This document shows positions 24,150-35,440 of a stretch of DNA of 64,000 bases, in pieces; position 1 is the first letter of the stretch, and the number at the start of each line of letters is the position of its first letter. The notes beneath the pieces are model-generated. The model had not been told where the DNA came from. It ran no database searches and saw only the letters and a list, made by a program, of their open reading frames with translations. The position numbers and the translations under genes were made by a program. The stretch is from Camelus ferus (lineage: Eukaryota), in NCBI RefSeq assembly GCF_009834535.1, contig NC_045707.1, positions 56,422,001 through 56,486,000 on the forward strand. The letters are read 5' to 3'.

Positions 24150-25515
24150 CAGGGCAGTGACTTTACAGCAGCATTTAAGATGCTAGAGATCACACGTTTG
24201 AACTGTGCCATCAGGCAAATACTAGGAGAATAATTATAATCAGAGTTTGTAGACTTCTAAGTCCGAGAGTGCATAAATTAAACACAGAGAACAGATCCCA
24301 CCTTCATTCTGAAGGTCCTACAGAACCAGATATGGTGGTATTAGCCAAGTCAATTAATTTCATAATTTCTTTATTGGTTTTTCAGATCTTCTTAGTAATT
24401 TTAAAGTTCTCATAAAAGTCTGTAGAGTTGAAGGTACAACAGTTTTTTCCCCCCTCAATTGGCATATCGACAACCTCAGGAAGCCAATACTCTTCCTAGG
24501 GCTGCTCTGTTTTAAATCATCGTATTTCCAGTCTCATGAACTTCTTCTCGAGATTGTCTAGCTCCTCTGTCAATCACTGAACCACAGCAGGAAGGAGCTT
24601 CCTCACATTCTGCGTCTCCTTTAAAGCATGATATGAAAAGTCTTGAGGACAAAAGAAAGCTATCTAGAATTTCCACTGAGTGATTAAGGTTTTGAACCTC
24701 AAACTGAAGCTCAGTCTCTCTCCTCCTTGTACAGGTTATAAAGTGAGCTCTTTTTCAAAGGAAAAATAGGGGGCCAAAACGGACCCTGCATGATATCAGA
24801 GATCATCCTGAAGACAGACATCATTTTACTGAGACCACTAGACCCTGTCTAGGTTGTTGATAGTATCCAATAGGTTATTTTTATTAATATTATTTTGCCG
24901 TAAATTCAATATCAGGCTTTAGGGTCTTTCCAATGATGTTGTCTTGGCTAAAATACCTCTATGAGGTATCTCGGTTCTATTGCATGGTTTCAGCCCCATT
25001 CAGAAATAATTAGATACTAGGCAGGAGATTATAAAATGGAGACATGATTAAATAGGTAAATGGTTAGATCTGATAGGGAATCAGATTCTTTAGGTACATA
25101 TTAATTCTTTTTTTGTAAGGTCTGTAAATGTGACACAGGTACAGGTAAAGTAAAAGCCATCAATTTTCTGTTTCTTTCTGAGCCTTAACTCTGTGAAAGT
25201 TTGGTTATGGAGTCTATTTATTACACCTAGATCTTGGCTGTTGTTTCAAGGGAAGCAGAAACCTTCCTTTATGAATATTTTACATTTTTGGTTAACTGGA
25301 CTATTCTGTTATCTACTAGATTGGACTAGAGTCCCATTACTGATGAGAACAAATGTGTTTTCAAAAAAGACTGATTTTTAAGGTAACTGGTTGGCATTCA
25401 GAGGTAAATATATGCAAACCCAACAGTCAGTATGATTTGTACCTTTTGTTTGAATCATGAAAAGATTGCAACCAGGGACTCATACCAATGAGTATATGAA
25501 GATTCAAAAAGCAAT
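24150..25515 (-). pseudogene. env: Gamma-type retroviral env pseudogene
   Basis: Manual translation: SU motif TNHTDCWVCIYLP (CWVC at 25425->25414); immunosuppressive domain MI*NRAALGRVLAS*G followed by NCCTF (24520->24430); membrane anchor WDLFSVFNLCTLGLRSLQTLIIIILLVFA* (24300->24211); many stops and frameshifts. Confidence 0.85.
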
Positions 25516-25519
25516 GTGG

Positions 25520-25728
25520 GATAAAAAAACAAGGTCCTACTGTATAGCACAGGGCACTATATTCAATACCATGTAATAGCCTATAATGAAAAAGAATATG
25601 AAAAGGAATGTGTGTGTATATATATGTGAATATGTATGTATATATATATATATATATAATCTGAATCACTATGCTGTACATCAGATATTAACACAACTTT
25701 GTAAACTGACTGTACTTCAATAAAAAAA
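25520..25728 (+). mobile_element. LINE-1 3' tail (artiodactyl-type) inserted near the env 5' region
   Basis: AACAAGGTCCTACTGTATAGCACAGGG...CTGAATCACTATGCTGTACA...ACTTCAATAAAAAAA with an internal TA/TG microsatellite. Confidence 0.88.
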
Positions 25729-25999
25729 GGAAAGAAATATAAAGTGAACCATTTGTACTATTTTTGTAAATACCCAAAACCTTGGTCCAGCAGCAGACAG
25801 AAGTCATTCAGGAAAATAAAGAACAGAAGCATGATGATTAAGCATGATAATGTGTAGCCCTGGTGAACCAGATCTTGTCCTGCAGGTTTTGGGTGCATAT
25901 TGTTTTCATCCTGCAGTTGTCCTCTTGATATGAAGCTCTTGGTCTGATGAAATCTCCTCCCGATGACTATCTGCTTCTGAAGTATTCTTAAGAATCCTT

Positions 26000-27059
26000 T
26001 ATTTCAAATCTTTCAGTGGAATGGCTGTCCAGGTATTGAAGTATGAAGCTTTGCATCTCTTTAGCTGAGATCCGTGAGTCTAACGATCTACACCATAAAT
26101 TTTAATTGCTGTGCTAGCGGTTAAAAGTACCTAATACAATTGTTTCCAAAGTTGTTCCATCTTATTTCTTTTTCAGCAGATAAAGTCTCTGGGTTCTACC
26201 CTGTAACATTTTAGAGGATGTGAAGGAAAGGCAGCTTGTACGTGTTGGTGATAAGACTAAATATACTGGATGACTTCTTTGAAGTAGTTTGCCATGTGCT
26301 GATGTATGACTAAAGTTAAGTTAGACTAGAACATCAGAGGAGAAATACTCACTCTTATATTGTGACATGCAATAACTTTATATGGTGACAGCTGATGGGT
26401 CTCAGAAGGTGTGGATTTAATGGTTATGAGAACATTCGTAGTCAGTGAAGTCAAAGAGTAACAGCTAATTTTGCTCATTTGAATTTAAATATGCCATTGC
26501 ATCTCTCTGCTTTATTAAGGACTGAGTGTAATCTGAGCAATAAAGTTTCAAATTACATGACAAGTCTTTCAGAGTTCTGTAATAACAGAAAATGAGTACC
26601 TTTATCACTGGAGAAATAGTTTAGAATCCCCCATGCTAGAAAAATAAAATTAAGTAACTTTTTGCAACTGTCAGAGCCATGGCTCTTTAGCAAGGCTCAT
26701 GCTGAGAATAAGCAATGTTCTGGACATGTCGTAAACTCATTGCATAAGTGAAACCTATCTGGAAGTGGGACCAGGAGGCTTGGGTTTTTATTGCCCATGT
26801 CTCATTCTTACACTGGTGACAGAATGATAGGCACTAGAGACATATTCAGAAATTTAGTAAAATTCTCTCACCTCCAAGTGTTGGCTCAGTACAAAGACTA
26901 ATTTGTCTTTAATGCTGTGGGTTAATTTTGTGTAAAATACTCGCAAGTTTCCACTTGAAGTCCTCTGCAACCACCAAGGGATCATCTCAAAAGCACTAGA
27001 GATTATCCTCTTGTAATTTGCATCCAGATTTCTCTCAATAACCCTTTAGCCATTTGGCA

Positions 27060-27060
<1 letters not shown>
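26000..27060 (-). pseudogene. pol: Retroviral pol (integrase domain) pseudogene
   Basis: Manual translation across frameshifts: KWKLASILHKI/THSIKDKL (zinc-binding HH), AMALTVAK/KLLNFIFLAWGILNYFSSDKGTHF (catalytic Asp region), KAERCNGIFK (catalytic Glu), IKSTPSETHQLSPYKVI. Confidence 0.88.

Positions 27061-27065
<5 letters not shown>

Positions 27066-27093
<28 letters not shown>
27066..27093. repeat. (AC)n microsatellite
   Basis: About 14 AC units. Confidence 0.95.
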
Positions 27094-27129
27094 CATTTAT
27101 TTTATTGTTTGGTGAGTTATTTTTTTGTT

Positions 27130-29163
27130 TTGGAATAAATCATTTCAGTAGCAATGTGCTAAAAAATGCATGTATAATGAAAACTTATGTTTTGACTGTC
27201 TCTCATTTAAAAAGTTAATGAGGAATATGTAAAGTATACAAAATGTTGTCAACATTTATTATCCATTATGGAGGCCATAATGATATATCTGACCAGAAAC
27301 CAGAAAACCTAAATCTGCTAAAAAAGCATAAATCATTCTCTGCTTCAAAACTTAGATACTTGATGCTGTGGAAGGCACATTTATATTAGATGATCGTTCC
27401 TTTAAGTTAACTTTGCTCATTCTTAATTCCAGATTTTCTTTTTCATGGGCAAAAAATGATGTATTTTTGTGTTAATAAGTTAGATCCATTAGCAGCAGCA
27501 GAATTTAGCAAATAGTTAAATTATGTCAGTTTCACAAAAAATATCATTAGATGCTTAAAATAGGAAATCAGTTAAATTTACAATGGTTTGCTTTTAAACA
27601 AAACACTCATTCCATGGAATCAAAGTAAATCTTTTGGAAACTCATTCTGATAAAGGTGATATGTTTAACATTGTTAAATTGCTATTGTAAATTTAGTTTA
27701 AAAGCTAAGAACTAAATTTAAATTTTTTCGGGTGATAATGCAGCTAAAAGTTTTTGGGTAGAGTACAGTGTCGCCATAAGAAGACTGCTATTAACTAAAT
27801 TAAGAAACCTACAAAGTGGAAATGTACTTGGGATTTGTTATGGTACATACAAATGTCAAAATTTATGAATTTATACACACACACACACACACACACGAAC
27901 TGAATAACTAAATGTGTATGACAAAATTAATGTTGAGTAGAACTAAATACTTCAGCATGGCAATGAGTACTTTTCTCTGTTGCTCAGCATCATACAGAGT
28001 TTAAAAATGTTTGTGCCTTTGAAGAACTGTCCATAATTAAATGTAAGTATCTTACTATGGTATCAAAATTTTAAATAAGTGACTTCTCTAAATCTTGGTT
28101 GCTTTTCACTGAAAATCAATGAGAAACCTTTAAATACTCAACAATTGGAACGCCAAGCATCTCCATCTTTTGAAGCTTTTAGAGAATTGCAATTATTGCA
28201 AACAAAGCCTACAAACAGAATGAGTTGGAAATTTATCCATAAAAAGCAAACGAATAAGAGAACAAGTTAAATGATGAGGGCTCAAACAGTGTATAAAATT
28301 TAGTTTGAAATTCTAAAATTGCATTTGCAATAAGTTGATTTTGATGGAGATCTCGTATTTTACTGGCTAATTCAGAATCTGTATAAGAATGGAATGATGC
28401 TAAGAAGGCCTATAATGTTGTAAGATATAAATTTGGTGAAACATCTAAACCAATTATAAATAGAGACGACTTACTTGATAAGTTTTTCATGTAAAAATCT
28501 TGGTCAGAGATAAATCTTCTGACTGCAGGTAAAAAAGATGTGCTTATGCAAATCTTTACCATGAAGTATTTACTCATTTAACTAAGAAAAATTAGAATTG
28601 ACAAAATTCTCTACTTAGCAGAATTTCTTTGAGCTTATTGGTTATCCTAGTTCTGCAGAGAGATTATTTTCTTACTGAAAAGTATTGTGATTACAGGAAA
28701 GATTGTATTGAAGATATCAACACTACCAAATTTATTAACCCTCTACTTGGTTTTGAAGAAGATTGCAGAGAATTTGATAAAAAAAGTTAAATAATAAGAC
28801 AATTAAAAATACATTCTTTAGAAAAATGCCAGTGATGTGTTGGGACAAATACAACTAAGAAACTGATTAAAAGTATTTGCCTATGTACCAGTAATATTTC
28901 TGTTATTTATGTAATTTTTTAATATTCAGATAATCAAGATAAAGTAGTTTTCCCCTTTACTGTACATTTACATGTTTACTATCTAAATAGAATTTTAATT
29001 TTGAAAATATTTTACAATATATTTTATACATCTACCGGCATAATAAAACCAAATTTTCAGCAAGCAAATAGTATTTCAAATATTTATATTAATATAATTT
29101 TTAGAGACCTATCTTCACTCTTAAAATTGTTTCAGTTTGGAGAGTAGATGATATGGTCTCTCC
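27130..29163 (+). mobile_element. hAT DNA transposon fossil, Blackjack-like, with transposase remnant
   Basis: GYPSSAERLFS at ~28640-28672 (hAT C-terminal dimerisation motif); 3' end TTGTTTCAGTTTGGAGAGTAGATGATATGGTCTCTC resembles the Blackjack terminus; left boundary approximate. Confidence 0.7.
27875..27896. repeat. (AC)n microsatellite
   Basis: 11 AC units. Confidence 0.9.
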
Positions 29164-30089
29164 AGCTAATGGGATAAATAAAAGAGAAATGATTGTTAAT
29201 AAAGTTAAATGGAAGCAGGGGTCAAATTATGAAGGACACTGAAAGTGAGGGGAAGGAGTTTTGGTTCTGTGGGAAAATACACTAGCAAGGTTATTTCTGT
29301 CACACACTTAAGGTCAGGAAGTTGAGCTAAAACTGATCTACCCTCTGCCTTAAATAGTCTGTTAACACCAGAAGGTTCTGATTTGAACATGAAAATGACA
29401 GTGGTAATCAGGACGCTCTTCCAACTTTTATTTGGTTGTAGAATCACATACTTGTAGGAAGAATAAGCTTCTCCTGAAAGCTTATTGTGTATTATAAGCT
29501 TAGTTTATCACAGTCTTGAGCTGCCAACATCTTTCCAGAGAAGATAATTTTAATCTTATACCACGGCTTTGCTGTCTGACAAAGAGCTTTCATCTACTTT
29601 GTCAAATTGTGGTATCCAGACTTGAATTCAGGTCACCATTTTCCCTCCTTTCCCTATCTGGTTTATTAGATCTAAGGTATTTGAAAACTATTTTCCTTTA
29701 TTCCTTGAATAATCTTCTCATTCAGGTGTTTGTCTCTATGTCTCACTCAGGTGTATGGCCTCAACATAAATGTGGTGTTCATTCTTATCCAGCAATCTCT
29801 CAGCTAGTCCTTTTGCTTATTTTTTTTTTTCCTACATGGTTGTCCATATGAAATTACCAATAATTGAGCTACAAAAACAACAACTTTGAAAGTTTCAACC
29901 CACTGCATTTCCTCCTGTTTCTTATCTTCCTTGTCACAGATACCGAGATCACTTATCTATTTTACTTCTTCTCCAGTTAGTTCCATGGCATCCTTTCCCT
30001 CATTCAAGTCATTTTTATGATTTTAACATCCTGTGGTTTTCATATTATATTAGATTGGTTTCATATTATGTTAGATTATTAATAAGTAA

Positions 30090-30310
30090 CATTATAGAGT
30101 ACTTTCTCCATGCCAGATATTTTCTATGGGCTTTGTAAGCATCAACTCATTTACTCCTTCAAAAACCCCTATGAAATAGCATCTGTGAAGTAGATGCTAT
30201 TATTATCCTCATTTTACGAATGAGAAAACAGTTACTGATGAGTTAAGCAATTTTGCCGTCATCAGACATAATAAATATTCAAGTTGGAATCTGAACCCAG
30301 GCACTCCTTA
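30090..30310 (-). mobile_element. MIR SINE
   Basis: TATTATTATCCTCATTTTACGAATGAGAAAAC...GAATCTGAACCCAGGC. Confidence 0.75.
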
Positions 30311-32068
30311 CTACTGTACCTTAATGCTTCTTATAATTAATAAAAGAGGAGAGGGGGGTTGGGAATTAACATAAAATAGGAAAAAACAGGGCAGTAATTC
30401 CAGTAAAGCAGCTAAAAATAAGTTATTTGGTTTAAACAGGGACGTATCATATTTAGACCATTTCTGGCAAACATAATAATTATAAAAGAATTTTTAAATG
30501 GTGGAGAACTTTGGGGACTCAGTCTGTGAAGAATACGATGGAGGTTCTGAAGCATAATATTGGAAAGAGGCCTGGACCAGAGATTTTGAAAACCTTGTAG
30601 GGAAGAGTGGGAGCAAGTCCAGTCCCTGAGCTAAAGGACTAAGAGGAAGAAGGAAAGAGAATATGCACTGTTCTATAACCTGAGGTTCCCGTCAGGGACG
30701 TGCCTGCTCCCAGTACTGGTGATCTAGGGTACAAGAGTTGAGGGAAGTTCTGGAATAACAAAAGCCCATGCAGGAGAGGCTTATAGAGATGGGCTGAGTT
30801 CCTCACAGAGACATTCCAGAGGACCTGCCACTTACTACCTAGGTTCACTATTTGTTGGTACAGCAGGCAATTTCTACACTGTTTTTGCTGATTGCATGCT
30901 CATCACAATCACCTAGGCTGAAGTTCTGATTGTGATAATTATGGCACTGCTAGGAAAATCTTATCACACGTTCAAAAGAATCACATTCCAAACATCTCAA
31001 ATTTATGCATTATGTTGTTAACATACGATAATGCACAATTTCAAGAAAATAGTAATACTCCTAATAGATAATTGCATATATTTATGGGGTATGCTAGAAA
31101 ACAGATTAGACACGAATGCTGACTCTCTGAATATGGGTGCATTGAATATGTATGATGACTAACTGTGTAAAAGTTTAACTCCTGGCCTAATAGCATATAA
31201 ATCAATTGTAAACTTTTTGAATATATTTTCAGCTCATACATAACTAGCAAACGAAAGAGAAGTGAGATAAAGATCATTAAAACAAAGAGACTTTTCCTCA
31301 TGATTTAATTAGGTGAAAAGAATTTGCTTGGCAACAAGAAAATGTCCAACTTTTAGCCTGTAGGAGATTAAAATTTTGCAGTGATAACATGGCACACCAA
31401 GTAATATTAATATAGGAGTTTCTCCTATTTGAGCAAGATTAAGAGAAGTTAAATCCTCAAGGTATGTAGAGTCTTAAATTCCTTGAAAATTTAGAGGACT
31501 TTTATAGGCAAAGTTATTCATTGACTTTAAATCACCTATTTTCTATTGTCTAAGACAAGTCATATAAACAATATTTGTGTTAAAAGGGGCTGCTCTGATA
31601 CTTTTATATATATCTGTTATATCAAATATATAATAGAGTGATTGCACAGCATTAGGTTATAAATATTATTATTACAGTTTATAAATTTATATCAGTATAA
31701 TTTAAGGTATTTCAAAAAAAAATTTGGACTAATGATATATCCTGGCAGCTTTAGGACACAGTATGTAGACACTGTATCTGCTTGTAGTGATCAGAGTGAA
31801 TTCAAATTATAGGAGACTGAGATCTCACTTCCCAGAAGTATGCTTGCTGAGCTATAGAAATTTGTAGGCTCATCCTAGTTCTTACAGAAAAAAAAACTTG
31901 AGGGAGTTAATAATTCATGACTTGTGGAGTTAAAGGTAGTAGTGAAAGGTGTCATGATCATAGAAACCACTGTCTCCTTTATGCCTGGAGAATTCTGAAA
32001 TCTGGAAGCTGGCTGATGGTAGAGAAGGCTACCATTTCTAGTTATGTTTAATGTTGAAACTGTTAAGC

Positions 32069-32127
32069 TACTGTATGACAGAAATTGACGCAACATTGTA
32101 AATCGGCTACACTTCAGTTAAAAAGAA
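32069..32127 (+). mobile_element. Severely 5'-truncated LINE-1 tail with TSD
   Basis: GAAATTGACGCAACATTGTAAATCGGCTACACTTCAGTTAAAAA; TSD AAACTGTTAAGC / AAAGTGTTAAGC. Confidence 0.75.
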
Positions 32128-32143
32128 AAAGTGTTAAGCCAGA

Positions 32144-32476
32144 CCTGCACTGTCCAATATGGTAGCCTGTAATCACATGCCTTTACTAAGCATTTGAAAT
32201 GTGGCTGGTCCTAATTCAAATGTGCTAAAAGTGCTAAATACATATAGGATTGTGAAGACTTAGTATTAAAAAAAAGAGTGCTATACATCAAATTCAAGAA
32301 ATTGATTACATGATAAAATGGTAATATTTTGGAATACTGGATTAAATAAAATGTATTACTAAAATTAATTTCACAGTTTAAAATTTTTTTCTTTTTAATG
32401 TGATTACTGAACTATTTAAAATTGTATATGTGACTAGCATTTGTGGTTCCTATTGTATTTCTATTGGACATATTGA
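32144..32476. mobile_element. MER33 (hAT-Charlie) non-autonomous element
   Basis: GCACTGTCCAATATGGTAGCC...TTGAAATGTGGCT...ATTACTAAAATTAATTTCAC...TTTCTATTGGACA. Confidence 0.85.
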
Positions 32477-33614
32477 GCTAGGCTAAAGTCTTGCTTCTCT
32501 TTTTGTTACTCATTCATTTCTTTATCTGGAAATAGGATAATTTTTCTGGTAAGTCTGGGAAGAGAAGCTGACTATCCTGGCTCAGTCTTTCCCTTTCTCC
32601 ATTCTTTGGCAGCAACCTGTCCACCAGAATTATGCCTTATCATCTGCTTTTCTGCCAAGATTAAGGAGCCTGTTCCTGGGGGGAAAGTTCCACAGTTTTC
32701 CAACTGTGCCTAATCCTGGGTACTTAATTCCATCTCATTTGGAATGATGTGTTAGCAAGTACTATGTGCACAGTTCTAAGCCATTTCTTGTAAACACGGT
32801 TTTTAAAACAATAACTCTAATACCTGATGTCCATCCCCATTTTTTTTTTTGATCCCTGTATCTATCACCTAGTTTGATTTTATTTCAGATGGAGAAAGGA
32901 TTACTTTCTTTTAGGACCCCTCAAACTCTTAACAGCTGGAAAAAAGAGGAGATAGCAGAGGAGACTGTCTGTATTCCCAACAATCAGCATGACACAGATG
33001 ATGAGTTTACCTTGTATTAATTGATGGAGAATGTAACCAGGTTGAGCCATCCCAACCTAGTGTCAATCAAGAGGGTAGATGTTGGCGGTAAAAGGATTCT
33101 AGCAAAAAGAGGCTGTGCAGGCAGAGAGGCAGAAGATGAGACTGGTGGAGTGATAAGCCACAAGAGGTCAACCTGAAAGTGCACAAGCTCTCCCGTGGAA
33201 CTGTGCAAATGAGAGATGCCTGTGGAGGTCTTCCAGAAAATCCACATATGAGCGCCTGACTCATCAAGGATCCCGATGGCTGGATTACAACAGCACTAAT
33301 AATTTAAGAAATGGTTTCTCCTTTTCCCCAACTGTTCTCCAGGTCTTAGGATTTTAGAGAAGAAAGAGAACCCAAAATAGCAGAAAAAGATAGGAATAAA
33401 AAATAAGAAAAGTGGAAGAATAGATAATCTCCCCCTTCCCTCTGTATTAAGTCATGGTTCGGGCCTTGAATTGATTGTGAAATCAAATTTTCTATTTAAA
33501 CTTTATGAGATATTTTAATGACTGAAAATACATAGTGAAACGGAATGATACGAGAAAGCTAAGAGATCTGCCTGAGGTGTCCTCAAGGAGTAGTCATGGG
33601 AGAGGTACTAGAGC

Positions 33615-33811
33615 AGGGACTAGTAAACTTTACTATGCATCAGAAGCACTTGGAGGGCTTATTAAAATACACATCACAGGTCCCATTCCCAGAGTTTTTA
33701 ATTCAGTAGGTCTGGGAGGGTCTCTGAGGCCAAAGAATCTGCATTTCTAAATTTCCAGATGATAGGGACATTAATGTTGATAGTTCAAATGACAAACATT
33801 AAGAACCACTG
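33615..33811. mobile_element. MER5A (hAT-Charlie)
   Basis: TGCATCAGAAGCACTTGGAGGGCTTATTAAAA...ATTCAGTAGGTCTGGG...AAGAATCTGCATTTCTAA...AGAACCACTG. Confidence 0.85.
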
Positions 33812-34442
33812 TTAAAGGCAGTAGTAAAACATAACAAAACAACAGCAATAACAAAACAATCTTTCTGTGTGCATCCATTAAGTTCAGTCTATTTCATAAA
33901 CCAGTTTATAAAGATGAGTATATAAGAAATGTTTATTGCAACTTTATTTGGAGAAGCAACACTCGCCCATAAATATGGGACTGGAAAATTATGGTATATC
34001 CCTAAAATGGAATATTATATAGTCACTATAATCACATAAAATATATCTAGTAAATATTTGCAAATTATAAAAGTCAAGAAGCCTGGCAATATCCTTTTTT
34101 TTTTCCCAGTAGATAAACACATGCCTGGATGTGAATTAAAATTATATGGAAGAAAATACAAGAATATGTTAACAGTGGCTACATCCTTGACTGAAGTCAG
34201 ATGGCAGAGAGTATGTGAAGGGAATTGGAATTTGAAATTTATACTCTTCCAGTACTCTCTGATCAAATATTTATATTAAAGAAAAAGCAGTAGGTTTAAA
34301 GAATCTGCGTCTTTGCATATGGCTCTCCATCTAAGCTTAATGCTCTTCTACCTCTTTTTTGCTTGAAAAATAGCAGCCTGTTCAAGTATCTAATCTTCTT
34401 TGTAAAATTTTCTCCAAGTTTTCCCTCCCTTAGTAATCCCAC

Positions 34443-34825
34443 TGTTATGAGCTGAACTGTGTCCCTCCCAAATTCATGTGTTGAAGTCTTAACCCTTACA
34501 AGGTGACTGAATTTGGAGATGGGACTTTGAAAGAGGTAATTAAGGTAAAATGAGGTTATATGTTTGGAGCCTAATCTAATATGACTGGGGTCCTTAAAAG
34601 AAGAGATTAGGACATCGTCGTGTGCAAATGGAGGAAAAACCATGTGCGGACACAGTGAGAAGACAGCCACCTACAGGCCAACGAGGGAGGCATCAGAAGA
34701 AACCAAATCTCCTGACTCCTTGGTCTTTGACTTCCTGGCCTCCAGAACTCTGAGAAAATACATTTCTATTGTTTAGGCCACCCACTTTGTGGTACTCTGT
34801 AATAACAGTCCCACGAAGTAACATA
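34443..34825 (+). mobile_element. MaLR LTR (MLT1A/B-like)
   Basis: TGTTATGAGCTGAACTGTGTCCCTCCCAAATTCATGTGTTGAAGTCTTAACCC...GCCTCCAGAACTCTGAGAAAATACATTTCTATTGTTTA. Confidence 0.88.
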
Positions 34826-34911
34826 CCACAGTGCTTTGTTCATACCACTCCTGAAATCTTTGCCATATCACGTTTTAATGTGCTTATATTTCTGTTATCC
34901 AGTATGGCCTT

Positions 34912-35440
34912 TGTATTAGTTTTGTATTGCTGTCATAACAAAGTACCACAAAGTTCGTGGCTTAAAGCAACACTAATTTATTATGTTAGAGGTTCAGTAC
35001 CATTCTCGCAGAGCTAAAATCAAGGTGTCGGCATATTTCCAGAGGTTCTAGGGGATGACCCATTTCCTGGCTCATTCAGGTGCTGGTAGAATTCATTTTT
35101 GTATAGCTGTAGGAATGAGGTCTCTTTTCTTTGCCGATTGTCAGCTGAAGACTGCCCTTTGTTCCTACCCCTCTGCATCTCAGAATTAGCGACAGAGAGG
35201 TAAATCCTTCTTCTCACTCCCATTTCCCTGAGGCCTTCACACTTCTAACTGTAGCCAAAAGGTTTTCTGCCTTTGAAAATTCGTGTGATTAGATTGTGTC
35301 CACCCAGATAATTCAGGTGACTCTCCTCATCTCAAGGTTTATACTTGCATTTGCCAAGTTTTTTGTTTGTGTGTTTGTTTGTTTGTTTGCCATGTTAGAT
35401 ACCATATTCACAGGTCACAGGCATTGAGCCTTGGACACCT
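34912..35440 (-). mobile_element. MaLR LTR (MLT1D/E-like)
   Basis: TGTATTAGTTTTGTATTGCTGTCATAACAAAGTACCACAAA...GTGGCTTAAAGCAACAC; CACCCAGATAATTCAGG. Confidence 0.8.

Noticed and set aside
24150..25515. Domesticated syncytin/HEMO-like env gene
   Set aside because: Multiple stops and frameshifts, including in the immunosuppressive domain, plus an L1 insertion at its 5' end
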